In this document: piece after piece, positions 49,527-60,443 of the stretch
Position numbering within the stretch: position 1 is the first letter of the stretch
How the letters are laid out: each line of letters opens with the position of its first letter
Assembly (NCBI GenBank): GCA_022729235.1
Contig: JALDAJ010000001.1
Span: forward strand, 963,596 to 1,027,595
Direction of reading: 5' to 3'
Length of the DNA: 64,000 nucleotides
Source of the DNA: Candidatus Nanohalarchaeota archaeon
Lineage (GTDB): Archaea > Nanohalarchaeota > Nanosalinia > Nanosalinales > Nanosalinaceae
The notes under the pieces: generated by a model
What the model was told of the DNA's origin: nothing
Databases searched by the model: none
Seen by the model: only the letters and a program-made list of their open reading frames with translations
Translations under genes and position numbers: made by a program

Positions 49527-50699
49527 ATGAAGGTTTCTATCATAAGCGACACCCACTTCGGGTACAAGTGGGGCGAGGAGCGTGGGGAAGACACGTTTGA
49601 AAACGCGAAAGAGGCGTTCGAGGAGTCGCTGGATTCGGACATAATACTTCTACCCGGCGACATATTCGACAAGAAAATACCGAAACAGGAAGTTCTCGAC
49701 AGGGCGTTTGATGTAGTCGCAACGGCTATGGAAGGCGAGAGAACGGTTGAGTCAGATAAAGATCTGGGAATGCTTGGCGACGGCATACCAGTAGTTGCTA
49801 TTCACGGCACCCACGAAAGAAGACCTTCCAGCTACACCAATCCTATAGAACTGATGGCGGAGTCAGGGCATCTTTACCACCTCCACAACGACCAGGTCGT
49901 ATTCGAAAAAAACGGTCAAAAAGTTGCAGTCCACGGCATGAGCGGAGTACCTGAAAAATACGCCCCGCGCGTTCTCAAGAAGTTCTCTCCAGAACCTGTA
50001 GAAGACGCATTCAACATACTCCTACTGCACCAGTCCATCGAAGGCTTCGTGTACACGCCGGAAGACGAGGACTACCTGACGCTGGAAGACCTGCCAGAAG
50101 GTTTCGACCTGATAGTCAACGGACATATACACTGGTACAACACCGAAAAATTTGATGAAGGAGATGACAAACCCCTCGTGCTACCCGGCTCCACTGTTAC
50201 AACGCAGATGCGGAAAATCGAGGCGGAGAAGGACAAGGGCTTCCTGGAACTGGATACTGAAAATAAAGAACTGGACTTTGTACCCCTGGATAGTCCGCGG
50301 GACGTACACTACGTAGAACTCGAAGTAGAGGGCGAGGAGTGGAGCAAGGTCAAGGAACTCGCGAAAGAGAAGCTTGAAGATATCACTGTTCCCGGAGAAA
50401 AGCCTCTTGTAAACCTGAAAATAACGGGCGAAACAGAGGGGCGGATAAACCCGAGGGAGCTGAAACAGCTCTTCCGCGGCGACATGTTCCTCAACATCAA
50501 CTCATCGGTAAAAACCCCTTCCCGGGAAGGCGGTACAGACCTGGACAGCATCGATGCGGTTGAGGAAGGAAAAGAGATACTGGAAGAAAAAGTCGGCACG
50601 GACGTGGAAGTTAACCAGGAGGATTTCTTCTCGCTACTTGAGAAAGGTAGCGCCTCCGAGGCGCTGGAAATGCTGAAAGAGGTCGATACCAGTGATTAA
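49527..50699 (+). CDS. mre11: DNA double-strand break repair nuclease Mre11
   Basis: SDTHFG, GDIFD, HGTHE, LLLHQ, GHIH and PGS; overlaps rad50. Confidence 0.93.
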   Translation: MKVSIISDTHFGYKWGEERGEDTFENAKEAFEESLDSDIILLPGDIFDKKIPKQEVLDRAFDVVATAMEGERTVESDKDLGMLGDGIPVVAIHGTHERRPSSYTNPIELMAESGHLYHLHNDQVVFEKNGQKVAVHGMSGVPEKYAPRVLKKFSPEPVEDAFNILLLHQSIEGFVYTPEDEDYLTLEDLPEGFDLIVNGHIHWYNTEKFDEGDDKPLVLPGSTVTTQMRKIEAEKDKGFLELDTENKELDFVPLDSPRDVHYVELEVEGEEWSKVKELAKEKLEDITVPGEKPLVNLKITGETEGRINPRELKQLFRGDMFLNINSSVKTPSREGGTDLDSIDAVEEGKEILEEKVGTDVEVNQEDFFSLLEKGSASEALEMLKEVDTSD

Positions 50700-52953
50700 G
50701 AGGATTGAAATGGAGAACTGGAAGTCGCACCACGAGACAGACCTCGAGTTTTCATCCGGCGTCAACGCACTGATAGGTACGATGGGCTCGGGTAAATCGA
50801 GCGTGCTTGAGGCGATAACCTTCGGTCTCTACGGAACAACGCCGGCGCTGAACTCGCGAGAGATAACACTTGATGACGCCATAAGGCGCTCCCCTTCGCC
50901 AGCTAAGGATGCAAGGGTCAAAGTCTGGCTCGAGCTGGGAGGAGATGAGTACACAGTCGAACGAGTCATAGAGCGCGGGAGCGGGACGAAAAGAAGCGAG
51001 CTGAGGAAGAACTCCGAGTTAATTGAGGCGCCGTCAACGCAGGAGGTCACAGAGCAGGTGGAGAAGGTGCTTGGAATGGATTTTCACTCATTCACCAGGG
51101 CGATCTACGCGGAGCAGAACAAGCTCGACCTGTTCCTGGAGATGAGACCGGGTGACAGGAAGGAACGCATCGACGAGCTGTTGAAACTGGACCGGTTCGA
51201 GGACGCACGGCAGACAATTGTTACAGTAGAGAACCGTCTAGGCGACCAGCTGGACGCGAAACAGGATGAATACGCGGAGCTGGAGGAGGAGATAGACGGG
51301 GAAGAACTTGAAGAACTGGAAGAAGATATCGAAGAACTCGAAGACGAGCGGGAAGAACTCGAGGAAGAAGTAGAAGAGCTGGGAGAGAAACTGGAAACAC
51401 AGGAGAAAGGTATCGAAGAACTGGAGGAGAAAAAGGATAAGTACAGAGAGCTTGAACAGCGGAAGACAAAGCTCGAGGCACGGAAGGAGTCTATAGAGGA
51501 GAGACTGGAAGAGAAGGAAACTACTGAAAGTATCGAGAAACCTGAAGAAAAGAAGCAGGAGACTGAGGAGAGAATAGAGGAGCTCAAGGAGGCACGGGAA
51601 AATATAAGCCAGCTGGAGCAGAGACTGGAACTCGATGGAGAGAAGAGAGAAAAGCTGAAGAAGGAAGTTGAGAACCTGGAAGAACAGGTGGAGAAGTTCC
51701 AGGAACTGGAAGATATCGAAGACGAAATCGAAGAAATAAGCGGGGAAGCAGAGAATGTCAAGGAGCGCGGTACGACCCTGCACGCGGAGAGGAAAAACCT
51801 GCTTGACAGCCTGAAGACACTGAAGGATACAGAAGGAGACTGCCCGACCTGTGGTCAGGAGATGGATGAAGAGCACCGGGAAGAACTTTTCGAGGAAAGA
51901 AAGTCCCGTGTAAAGGAGCTGAAAAAGAAAGAGAAACAGCTGAGGGATAAACTGGAAGAACTTGAAGAAGAAAGGGAAGGACTGACGGAAAAACGTGATG
52001 AGTTGATGCAGTACCGGGACTCGGGAGAAAAACTCGAGGATACACGGGAAGAACTTGAAGAACTGGAAGAAGATATCGAGGATAGAAAGGAAAAACTCGA
52101 GGAACTCAGTGAAGAATGGTCCGGAGACGAAGTAGAAGAGCTGGAACAACAACTCGAAAGACTCGCAGAAGCAGAAGAAGTGAAAGAGCTCAGGGAGAAA
52201 GAAGAAGTCCTTGAAGAAAAGATAGGAGACACGGAGGATGAGCTGGAAGAACTTGATTTTGACGAGGAAAAACTGGAGGAGATGAAGGAAGAACTCTCGG
52301 AGATACGCGAAGAAAAATCGGTTAAGGAAAACACCCTCGCCTCACAGGAGGAACTGCTTTCGGAAAAAAGGAAGCGGCTGGAGCAGATGCAGGAAAGACT
52401 TGACAAACTGGAAGAGATAGAAAAAGAGCTGGAAAAGACCGACAAGTTGCTAGATTTCGTCCATAACTACAAGATAGGGCTGGAGGACACACAGGTAACG
52501 CTACGTGAACGCTTCGTGCGGCGTTTGAACGAACTGATGGACAGCATCTGGTCACAGGTATACCCATACGATGACTACTACTCGATAAAGTTGAACGCGG
52601 AGGAAGGCTATTTACTAGAGTTACTGGACTCGGAGAACAACTGGATATCCGCCGAGGCAGAAGTTTCCGGCGGCGAACGCCACTCCGCCGCGCTGGTGAT
52701 GAGGCTCGCGTTAACTTTCACACTGTCGCCGAAACTCCAGATGCTGATACTCGACGAGCCAACCCACAACCTCGACTCCTCCGCAGTAGAAGAACTCGCC
52801 GAGACTCTGCGCGAGAGAACCTCGGAACTTATCGAGCAGATGTTCGTCGTCACCCACGACCCTGCGCTGGAATCAGCAGCGACCGGCAAACTCTACCAGT
52901 TCGAGAAGAAGGGTACGGAAACCGGGCTCACGGAAGTGGAGGAGGTGAAATAA
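50692..52953 (+). CDS. rad50: Rad50 ATPase
   Basis: GTMGSGKSS Walker A, CPTCG zinc hook, SGGE and ILDEPT. Confidence 0.95.
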   Translation: MIKRIEMENWKSHHETDLEFSSGVNALIGTMGSGKSSVLEAITFGLYGTTPALNSREITLDDAIRRSPSPAKDARVKVWLELGGDEYTVERVIERGSGTKRSELRKNSELIEAPSTQEVTEQVEKVLGMDFHSFTRAIYAEQNKLDLFLEMRPGDRKERIDELLKLDRFEDARQTIVTVENRLGDQLDAKQDEYAELEEEIDGEELEELEEDIEELEDEREELEEEVEELGEKLETQEKGIEELEEKKDKYRELEQRKTKLEARKESIEERLEEKETTESIEKPEEKKQETEERIEELKEARENISQLEQRLELDGEKREKLKKEVENLEEQVEKFQELEDIEDEIEEISGEAENVKERGTTLHAERKNLLDSLKTLKDTEGDCPTCGQEMDEEHREELFEERKSRVKELKKKEKQLRDKLEELEEEREGLTEKRDELMQYRDSGEKLEDTREELEELEEDIEDRKEKLEELSEEWSGDEVEELEQQLERLAEAEEVKELREKEEVLEEKIGDTEDELEELDFDEEKLEEMKEELSEIREEKSVKENTLASQEELLSEKRKRLEQMQERLDKLEEIEKELEKTDKLLDFVHNYKIGLEDTQVTLRERFVRRLNELMDSIWSQVYPYDDYYSIKLNAEEGYLLELLDSENNWISAEAEVSGGERHSAALVMRLALTFTLSPKLQMLILDEPTHNLDSSAVEELAETLRERTSELIEQMFVVTHDPALESAATGKLYQFEKKGTETGLTEVEEVK

Positions 52954-52954
52954 C

Positions 52955-53401
52955 ATGCTTGCAGGGATAGCTTCGAATACCGATATATCAGTTTACTTAG
53001 ATCCAGATGAGATTGAAAGGCTAGAATCTCAAGTTGTAGATGGAGTTCTTGTCCACTGGAATTATCCAAAAGAACAAGGCACAGTAGAAGTAACTGCCTC
53101 ACAGTATCCTCAAGAAGGATTAAACAGAACAATCAAAGTCCAAAAGAACAATCGCTCACATGAAGATGTAGGCGACTTGAGCGTGTACCTGAATCAAGAT
53201 GCCTACGAGACACTTCTACAGAACGGTTTTGCGGGAATCAGATACAACGCTCGTGGAGATAAAATCCATCTACGTAACACCTCTCAGTTAGATAGTACTG
53301 AAGGGTTCCGTCTAGAAGATCTAGAATTTTATAGGGATAATAGAGATAATCTTTCTAAAGAGTTTAGTTTCCAAGAAGAGGATACGATGTGGAGTATTTA
53401 G
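52955..53401 (+). CDS. Hypothetical protein
   Basis: 148-aa ORF starting 1 nt after the rad50 stop. Confidence 0.6.
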   Translation: MLAGIASNTDISVYLDPDEIERLESQVVDGVLVHWNYPKEQGTVEVTASQYPQEGLNRTIKVQKNNRSHEDVGDLSVYLNQDAYETLLQNGFAGIRYNARGDKIHLRNTSQLDSTEGFRLEDLEFYRDNRDNLSKEFSFQEEDTMWSI

Positions 53402-54850
53402 TCACATAAACGCTTCCGCGTCCTCGTCCATCGATTCCTGCTCCTGTTTCCATTCTTCAAGCGTATCCTCCAGTCCTTCACCCGCACCAGACTCCTCTGA
53501 CCGCCTTTCCCGGACGTCGATGAATGTCGGGTAGTTAACGGCTTCTCCGATGACGATGGATTCACCGGTCTTCAGCCCGGGTATCTGGTTCTTGACGTCC
53601 GAGGTGATGCCTTCGCTTGACTGCGAGATGTGTTCCAGGTCGTTCGGGTTGGTCACGCGCAGGATGAACTTGGTGTTGCACTGGGATAACGCGGTGGTGG
53701 ATAGCTTGACCGGTCTCTGGGATATAAGTCCGATTGATGCGTGGAACTTTCTGCCCTCACGCGCCAGCTTTTCTATAACTGTTTTCGACGGTGACGGCTG
53801 TTTCTCAGGGGCGAAGTTGTGCGCCTCCTCGACAAGCATCAGGAACGGCGGAATAGATTCGGAGCGCCTCAGCCGGAAAAAGCGGCGCCCGAAGTACGCG
53901 GTTACCACCTGCTTCTTGCGGTGGTTGATAGTTTCTGAAAGGTCTATTATGTTTAACTTTCCCGGCTCCATGTCGTTCGGTGAAGGCGAATCCGTCTTCC
54001 CGAACACCTGCATGGAAGCCATCTCTCTCAGCGTATCCAGCAGTACGTACCGTGTGGATGAATTCATCTCCCTTTCTTCAACAACGCTACGCAGCTCTCT
54101 CAACCCGTAGTCACTGTTCTCTCCTTTCTCCAGCTCGGAGAACGCCTTCGAAAGCTCTCGTCTCTGTGCAGGTGTCAGGTCGAAGTACGCGTCAACCTTA
54201 TCCGCTGACAGGTTATTGACCGCGATGGATACGTCGTCATCACGGAAGACTTTCACGTCCTTCATATAGTTCTTATCCTCCGCGAAGCACGTGTAGTCGC
54301 CGTGCGGGTCGACCGCAAGTATCGCCGGCGCGTTTTCACGGTCAAGCAATTCTTCAAGTAGTACAGACGCGGTGTACGATTTTCCCGCGCCGGACTGAGC
54401 CAGTATCGCGAAGTGTTTCTGCAGTGTATCTGTCAGGTCGAAGTTCGCGTCCACATCCTGCTGCTGTACCTCTCCAAGTTTGAGCCCGTTTTCCGCCAGC
54501 CCAAGAAATTTTTCCACGCGTCCCGGATCAGCCATGTCAAGCTCGGTGCCGGGAGCAGGCGCCTCGTTGACCCGCTCTATCATTCCTTCCCTGAAACAGC
54601 CCATTATCTGCGCCCGGGCTATGGATACCTCCCAGTCATCTACAGGAAAGCTCTCTCTTGGGTCCGACTCTGATATGCTCTCCGCGTCTTCAAAGTATTC
54701 ATTTGCCTTGTACACCTCGGACACGCGGGCGATAACTTTTCCATCCTCTCCGTATTCAACGTATCCACCCTTTCCTACACTGCCCTCGTGTACAAAGAAG
54801 AATTCTTGTGAAGTCGGTGTTTCCTCCTTGACTATTACGGTACCTACCAT
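53402..54850 (-). CDS. herA: HerA-family ATPase
   Basis: HAS-barrel-like N-terminus, AQSGAGKSY, DPHGDY, EEAHNF and REGRKF...SQRP. Confidence 0.9.
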   Translation of the reverse strand: MVGTVIVKEETPTSQEFFFVHEGSVGKGGYVEYGEDGKVIARVSEVYKANEYFEDAESISESDPRESFPVDDWEVSIARAQIMGCFREGMIERVNEAPAPGTELDMADPGRVEKFLGLAENGLKLGEVQQQDVDANFDLTDTLQKHFAILAQSGAGKSYTASVLLEELLDRENAPAILAVDPHGDYTCFAEDKNYMKDVKVFRDDDVSIAVNNLSADKVDAYFDLTPAQRRELSKAFSELEKGENSDYGLRELRSVVEEREMNSSTRYVLLDTLREMASMQVFGKTDSPSPNDMEPGKLNIIDLSETINHRKKQVVTAYFGRRFFRLRRSESIPPFLMLVEEAHNFAPEKQPSPSKTVIEKLAREGRKFHASIGLISQRPVKLSTTALSQCNTKFILRVTNPNDLEHISQSSEGITSDVKNQIPGLKTGESIVIGEAVNYPTFIDVRERRSEESGAGEGLEDTLEEWKQEQESMDEDAEAFM

Positions 54851-54876
54851 GGTCTGTAATAAAATGGAAAATGGAT

Positions 54877-57800
54877 TTAACTCTGTCTATAGACCACTAC
54901 CAGCGACAACAGAATCATCGCCAGCACCTGGACTCCCTTTATCCCCGGTATATTCCTCGGCTCCCGGGTTTCTGCATCCCCGCGCTCACCCTCTTTCAGG
55001 ACGTTCACGTCTATACTGTCCTCGCCCTGGATATCAGCGTCAGTAGCTGTCGCGATAACCCTGACTTTCCCGCGGTCATCACCGGCATTGATCTCCGGGT
55101 CAAGACCCAGGACAGAGATACTGAACTGCCTCGAGCTCTGCGGTTCTACTGTCGTCGTAAAGCTCTGGCCACCTCCCTCAATGAACTCGGCGGTCCGGGC
55201 TATAGAGTCATCAACACCCGTCCGCCCCTCCATTTCGACCTCGAACGTCCTGGTCTCGTCGTGGATATTTATTATGCTGAAGCTCTGTGTCGCGGTCTCG
55301 TTCCATACCACGCTCATGGTATCATCATGGAAGCTGACAGGCCAGCTATCGTACCAGATACCGTCGAAGCACGCGATCTCACGCCCAAAGTCGTCGAACT
55401 GTACGCTTTCACCCGGATTGTATAGAACTTTCTCGCTCTCAAGATGGCTGTCTACATCGACGTTGTAATCATCATGGTTCAGGATGCAGCTAGCCTTATC
55501 TCTCGCAACAGCGACACCAAGTACCTCTGTATCGGTATCAACAAGATGGGTGTTGGAGCGCTGGACGACAAGTTCTTCTCCCGCGTCGTCACCTCCGCAG
55601 AATCCCAGGGAAGCTGTGTATTCGTGATCAGTTCCTGTTGAAACCGGCGTGTATCCGTCTATACCTGAATCAGGGTGACTATCTAAGTCATCGCCATCAT
55701 CCCAGTTCTCTCCATCAGGATCAGACTCGAAACGCTTGTACTCTTCGTATTCATAGATCTTCTGGGCCTTATAGGAACTCCAGGAATCATCGATACCTCC
55801 TGCAACAGCATAAGGGTTATCGCGAACGTAGTCCCTGTCAATCCAGCGTTTTCCTTCATCCCCATAAAGAGTATTTTCACGGCAGGCCTCCTGCTTAAAG
55901 TCCTGATCATACCATACACCTAATCCAGAAGGATTTTCTCCACAGTACTCCTCATCATTCTTAAAGCGACCTTCATCCTCACCCGGCTCATTGGTCTGCA
56001 TATATGCTCCTCTATCAACAAAACGGTTTCCATCACTAGTGAAACATCTATCTCTGTTAGGCGTACACGCGTAAGGTCCTGTACCCTGTTCAGAGTTAGG
56101 AGCTTCTCCTATTTCCTCTATCAGGAATTCGTGTCTATCGTCTCCACACATATTGGGCTCCAAATTTTGATGTATATTCCCTGACTCAGGATTCGATGTT
56201 CCTGTCCCATCTTCTTTCTCCCATACTATATCAGCCACCACGACATTGTCTTGGTCTGGCGCAGGATTGTGAAGAGGTTCCTCTCTGTCCGGATCATCAA
56301 AACCCAGCCCGGAGTCAGGACCAGTGATATCCATATTGAAGTGCAGAAGTTCGGTCCAGTCATTAACACTGTCAGGCCATATATAATCAGGATTATCTCC
56401 TTGCGAGGTCTCCCATGCGTCTCTTATGCTATCAGGATCAATCCAAACTCCCTCACCCTCTCTGATAACATTGTCATTATAATCTAGCTCACCGTCAAGC
56501 CCGGGACCAGCAACCGCCGCGTATGAGTTCCCGAATGCTTTCTGAACTTTTGAACGTGAACTGCTCTCCTCGTCTGTGCGTCGGTCGCCGGGACTCCTGT
56601 AATACGTCCCCCACGGCGGGTAAGGAGTTCCTGTACCGTCAATACTCCATGCATCACCCGAAGGTATCTCGCTCTCGTCCCACCTGTATGACCTAGGTAA
56701 ATCAAGCGAGGACTCTCCTGGTGCAATACCCCACTGATTAGAGTGCGTCTCATCTCCTATTGTTGAATACCATTTCTCAACTGTCAATTCTGAGTCAGAG
56801 TCGCTCATGCTGTACGAATCTGTTGCCATTCCTGGCTCAAGCTGATCCGACTTGTCTTTCAGCTTGACGATGTAACCGTCGAACAAGTAGTCATTAACGG
56901 GCACATCCTCTCCTTGGGGGTGATAGTCGTCATCGCGTTTACCTTCCTCGAAGAAGCTGTAAGTGAATCCTGCAGGATTGAGTCTGGAGTGCTCCTCTCC
57001 AGCGTCACTGCACATCAGGTTATCAAATACAGGATTACCACAGTTATTTTTCAGGGTAAGTCCTTCCTCGCCTCCCCTAGGATTATATTCCTCGTGGTAC
57101 GGATTAGGATTTTCCCGCCAGTAGTATGTTATATCACCCTCATTGCTCTCATCACCTTCTTCCAAGAGAGAATAACCCTCATTATCTGCATGATCTTCCG
57201 TTAGGAAGTCATAATCATCGACTATATCTCCCAGGTCATAATCTTCATGCAAGTAGTAGTGAGCAACCTCTCCATCAAGATCATACCATTCTCCACCCGG
57301 ATCATTATCTTCTCCCTGTCCCGTATCCTGAATATTTAGACATACCTCCCAGTCAGGAGAATTACCGCCTGCCTCGTACTGTACATCATCATTATCGGAC
57401 GCAACATTGGCGACGTAACCTTCGGGTCGCTCTTCTCCGTGAAGGACGCAACTGTCGTAATCCTCTATACAACCCTCGTAAGCGGCGGGGTATTCTCTCT
57501 CTAAATCCTCGTTAACCGCCGGACCTGTCATGAAAGCCTTCCAATTACCGACCTCATTAGGATCACAGTCATCACTCCTACTACTAGGAGGACCATATAC
57601 TTCATCATCCTCCTCAATGTAGTGAGTTATCGGATTACAGTCACCTATCTCCTCACACATCATCGCTACTCCAAGAGACTCGGAAACGTGGTGAGGACTA
57701 CCCTGAGAAAGATCAATCGCAACCCCTGTAGATGCATCACCAGGATCACCCCACTGGTCAATGTCCTCAAGATAAATATCCACACTTGCAACGCATTCTG

Positions 57801-60204
57801 GATAATCTCCAGGACAACCGCCAAACCCGTTTTTATCTTCAAGCAGGCTCTCTACCAGGTTCTCCGAAACAAACGATCCTGCCGTACTTGCTTCTTCACT
57901 TGCGAATCCTGGCGTAGATCCGACTATCTCCCACTCGTCTGTCTTCGACTCTTGAGGAGTATTTATGTTGTCAACTACATGCGCTATAGCCACGAACCCG
58001 TCCCCGTGACCGTAAGGACCGTCTGCGTTGAAAACATCTCTCTCAACTCGTGTGCTTATGAAGTCTTCACCTTCTATATCTATCTCGAAAGCAGATCTTG
58101 ATACACCGTAGGAGTTCGCCTGGTGACGATTGTCGTGGAATCTTGTCTCATATGAGAAGTATGTCCTGCCAGAACCTCTATTATACGGTATCGTACCTCC
58201 AGCACTTGACCCGCTATCACTCTCTCCAGTATACGCGTCACCCTTAAATTGATCATTATAGAAAAGCGCGGTTCTAACACCTACAGGATCATTATTGTTT
58301 CCAGCAGGATTCAAATGCAAAACCTGCTCTTCCTGCCTTTCAATACTCTGGTATCTATATTCAACAGTCTGACTGCTGTAATCGCTAGCGTATTCAATTT
58401 CTTCGTAACTGTTATAGTAATCCTCGCTTACTTCCTCACAGTCGTCTTCACTGTACACTCCTACATCATAATTATCGGAAGTATAACTATCCCAATTTAT
58501 TCCTGCATCGTAATCTCCTTCATCCCCTTGACTCGTACTCCAGCTAAGTGTAACTTCTTTAGTTTCTCCAGGATCAAGCTCTATATTCTCATCCGTATCT
58601 CTCACCTCTCCACCGATAACCAGTTCCGCATCATGTGTTTCCGTTTCATCACCTTCATTCTCCACAGTATCCGTTATTGAAACAGTTTCTCCTTCTTCTA
58701 CTAGCTCATCGTACTCATCATCATTTGGTTCACAGCTGTAAAGGTCTATTTCCTCCATTTCTTCACCAGTACAGGCAGTATACTCTATTGTATCGCTCTC
58801 AATATCTGTATAATCGACCTCTACAATCTCCACCTGGGCACTTCCATCATTCTCAACATAACCTGTATCATCAGCTGGCTCCTCATTCCTCATGTAGTTA
58901 AAGGTATCAACCATCGGCGTATCTGTTTTGTCATCTTCCTCCTCGTACTCTGTTACACTCGCGCCATCTTCCGAACCAGTCTGATCACATACCATATCAG
59001 TGCCGACTCCAACATTCTGCTCACAGTCATGATACTGCTGATCTCCGGTACATCCCCCGGTATCGAAACTTCTAGTACTACCCGGATCCCAATCGTTTAC
59101 AGTGTCATGCTCATCAATGTACTTGTTTTCAACCGATCCTATTGTCTGATAATCAGATGAGACAGGATAGACCACGCTTATCTGTTCGTGATTTTCCTTG
59201 TAGAAGTCCAAATCATCCGTCCAGTTACCTATCTGTGACCAGTCATATGTCCTGCCACACGCATTTTCATCGTCACAGTCTCTTATATCGTCCGTATAAG
59301 TATTTGTATTTGTTCTTTCAAGCTCCTGGCCCCCAAGCAATCCATAATCTATCGGCCAAGCCACCAAGTCAAAACCGTACTCCAGAGGATCTGATCTTTC
59401 CATATCTTCTCCATAAGTCAAGTCTCCTTCCTCCTGTTCAAAAGCGTCCGTAATAGTATTCGAGCTTTCTAGATGAGGTTCATTAGAAGTTCCATCCTCA
59501 TATTCGTTAGCAGGCAGACCGTAGTCTTCCGGACAGTCTAATTCATCTCCCGGATCATCGCCTAAAGACTGTCTATCTTCATTATGCGAGGTTCTAAGCC
59601 CGTCGCCACATCTGTTTTCCGTATCATCAGCCTGAGGATGCGGCGGCGTAGATACGGCTTCAAAACCATTTGGACGTTCCACCACCACCCAGTCCTCGTA
59701 TCTATCACGTTCAAGGTGAACAGTCACGTTCTCCCAGAAACCGCCACCCCGGGTCTCTGAAGCATCTTCAAGATACTGCTTGGTGAACTCATTATAATCT
59801 TCATCGTAAACATCCGGCATTTCTTCATCCGGGTCTTCACCCTGCTCGTGTACAAGCTTCCATCCATAGAAAACTCCTGGACCCTCGAGAATAGCATCCC
59901 TAATAACTTCCTTATCCGACTTATCGTAACCAGATAACTCAGAGAAAACCCAGGTAGCATCAAAATCGTATATGCTGAACTCTGAATCATCCAAATAATA
60001 AGGCTTTGTACAAGCAGGGTCAGGCGGATACGATTTCCCATCTATCTCAGCACCCGTACCGTCGATATTCCCGTCGTCGTCGTGATCAACGCCGTCAGTA
60101 CACTGTGACGCAGGGCTACTGCCCCCGCCACCATCATACGCTGCAGCGCCAAATGTGAATAAAACAATCGATACCAGGAATGCTAAAAGTTTCAGACGTG
60201 ACAT
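54877..60204 (-). CDS. 1775-aa Asp/Cys-rich cell-surface protein
   Basis: Signal peptide, CTDGVDHDDDGNID...DPAC motif, CARDB/Ig-like segment (VENEG...LDPGETKEVTLSW) and C-terminal IPG + TM anchor. Confidence 0.88.
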   Translation of the reverse strand: MSRLKLLAFLVSIVLFTFGAAAYDGGGGSSPASQCTDGVDHDDDGNIDGTGAEIDGKSYPPDPACTKPYYLDDSEFSIYDFDATWVFSELSGYDKSDKEVIRDAILEGPGVFYGWKLVHEQGEDPDEEMPDVYDEDYNEFTKQYLEDASETRGGGFWENVTVHLERDRYEDWVVVERPNGFEAVSTPPHPQADDTENRCGDGLRTSHNEDRQSLGDDPGDELDCPEDYGLPANEYEDGTSNEPHLESSNTITDAFEQEEGDLTYGEDMERSDPLEYGFDLVAWPIDYGLLGGQELERTNTNTYTDDIRDCDDENACGRTYDWSQIGNWTDDLDFYKENHEQISVVYPVSSDYQTIGSVENKYIDEHDTVNDWDPGSTRSFDTGGCTGDQQYHDCEQNVGVGTDMVCDQTGSEDGASVTEYEEEDDKTDTPMVDTFNYMRNEEPADDTGYVENDGSAQVEIVEVDYTDIESDTIEYTACTGEEMEEIDLYSCEPNDDEYDELVEEGETVSITDTVENEGDETETHDAELVIGGEVRDTDENIELDPGETKEVTLSWSTSQGDEGDYDAGINWDSYTSDNYDVGVYSEDDCEEVSEDYYNSYEEIEYASDYSSQTVEYRYQSIERQEEQVLHLNPAGNNNDPVGVRTALFYNDQFKGDAYTGESDSGSSAGGTIPYNRGSGRTYFSYETRFHDNRHQANSYGVSRSAFEIDIEGEDFISTRVERDVFNADGPYGHGDGFVAIAHVVDNINTPQESKTDEWEIVGSTPGFASEEASTAGSFVSENLVESLLEDKNGFGGCPGDYPECVASVDIYLEDIDQWGDPGDASTGVAIDLSQGSPHHVSESLGVAMMCEEIGDCNPITHYIEEDDEVYGPPSSRSDDCDPNEVGNWKAFMTGPAVNEDLEREYPAAYEGCIEDYDSCVLHGEERPEGYVANVASDNDDVQYEAGGNSPDWEVCLNIQDTGQGEDNDPGGEWYDLDGEVAHYYLHEDYDLGDIVDDYDFLTEDHADNEGYSLLEEGDESNEGDITYYWRENPNPYHEEYNPRGGEEGLTLKNNCGNPVFDNLMCSDAGEEHSRLNPAGFTYSFFEEGKRDDDYHPQGEDVPVNDYLFDGYIVKLKDKSDQLEPGMATDSYSMSDSDSELTVEKWYSTIGDETHSNQWGIAPGESSLDLPRSYRWDESEIPSGDAWSIDGTGTPYPPWGTYYRSPGDRRTDEESSSRSKVQKAFGNSYAAVAGPGLDGELDYNDNVIREGEGVWIDPDSIRDAWETSQGDNPDYIWPDSVNDWTELLHFNMDITGPDSGLGFDDPDREEPLHNPAPDQDNVVVADIVWEKEDGTGTSNPESGNIHQNLEPNMCGDDRHEFLIEEIGEAPNSEQGTGPYACTPNRDRCFTSDGNRFVDRGAYMQTNEPGEDEGRFKNDEEYCGENPSGLGVWYDQDFKQEACRENTLYGDEGKRWIDRDYVRDNPYAVAGGIDDSWSSYKAQKIYEYEEYKRFESDPDGENWDDGDDLDSHPDSGIDGYTPVSTGTDHEYTASLGFCGGDDAGEELVVQRSNTHLVDTDTEVLGVAVARDKASCILNHDDYNVDVDSHLESEKVLYNPGESVQFDDFGREIACFDGIWYDSWPVSFHDDTMSVVWNETATQSFSIINIHDETRTFEVEMEGRTGVDDSIARTAEFIEGGGQSFTTTVEPQSSRQFSISVLGLDPEINAGDDRGKVRVIATATDADIQGEDSIDVNVLKEGERGDAETREPRNIPGIKGVQVLAMILLSLVVVYRQS

Positions 60205-60443
60205 AAAGACTGTTTCCAGTTACCTAAATAAATAGGCTGTGAATCCAGCCCCCAGATAGTCCGGGATCCAAAAACTACACCAGGATTGTCTTCTGCGCCG
60301 GCGTTGGCGACGGTCCAGGCGTCGATGTAGTCTTCGGGTTCGTGGTTTTCATACCCGTGGAGATTGGTCATTCCCAGTGTTTCGTAGCTTTCGGGTGAGT
60401 GTTCGCTGGAGTAATGTGGACAGTCTAGGTCTTGGGAAGCACG

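Noticed and set aside
50829-52567. Long Ser/Phe-rich ORFs antisense to rad50 and other Glu-rich genes
   Set aside because: Shadow ORFs produced by GAA/GAG-rich coding strands.
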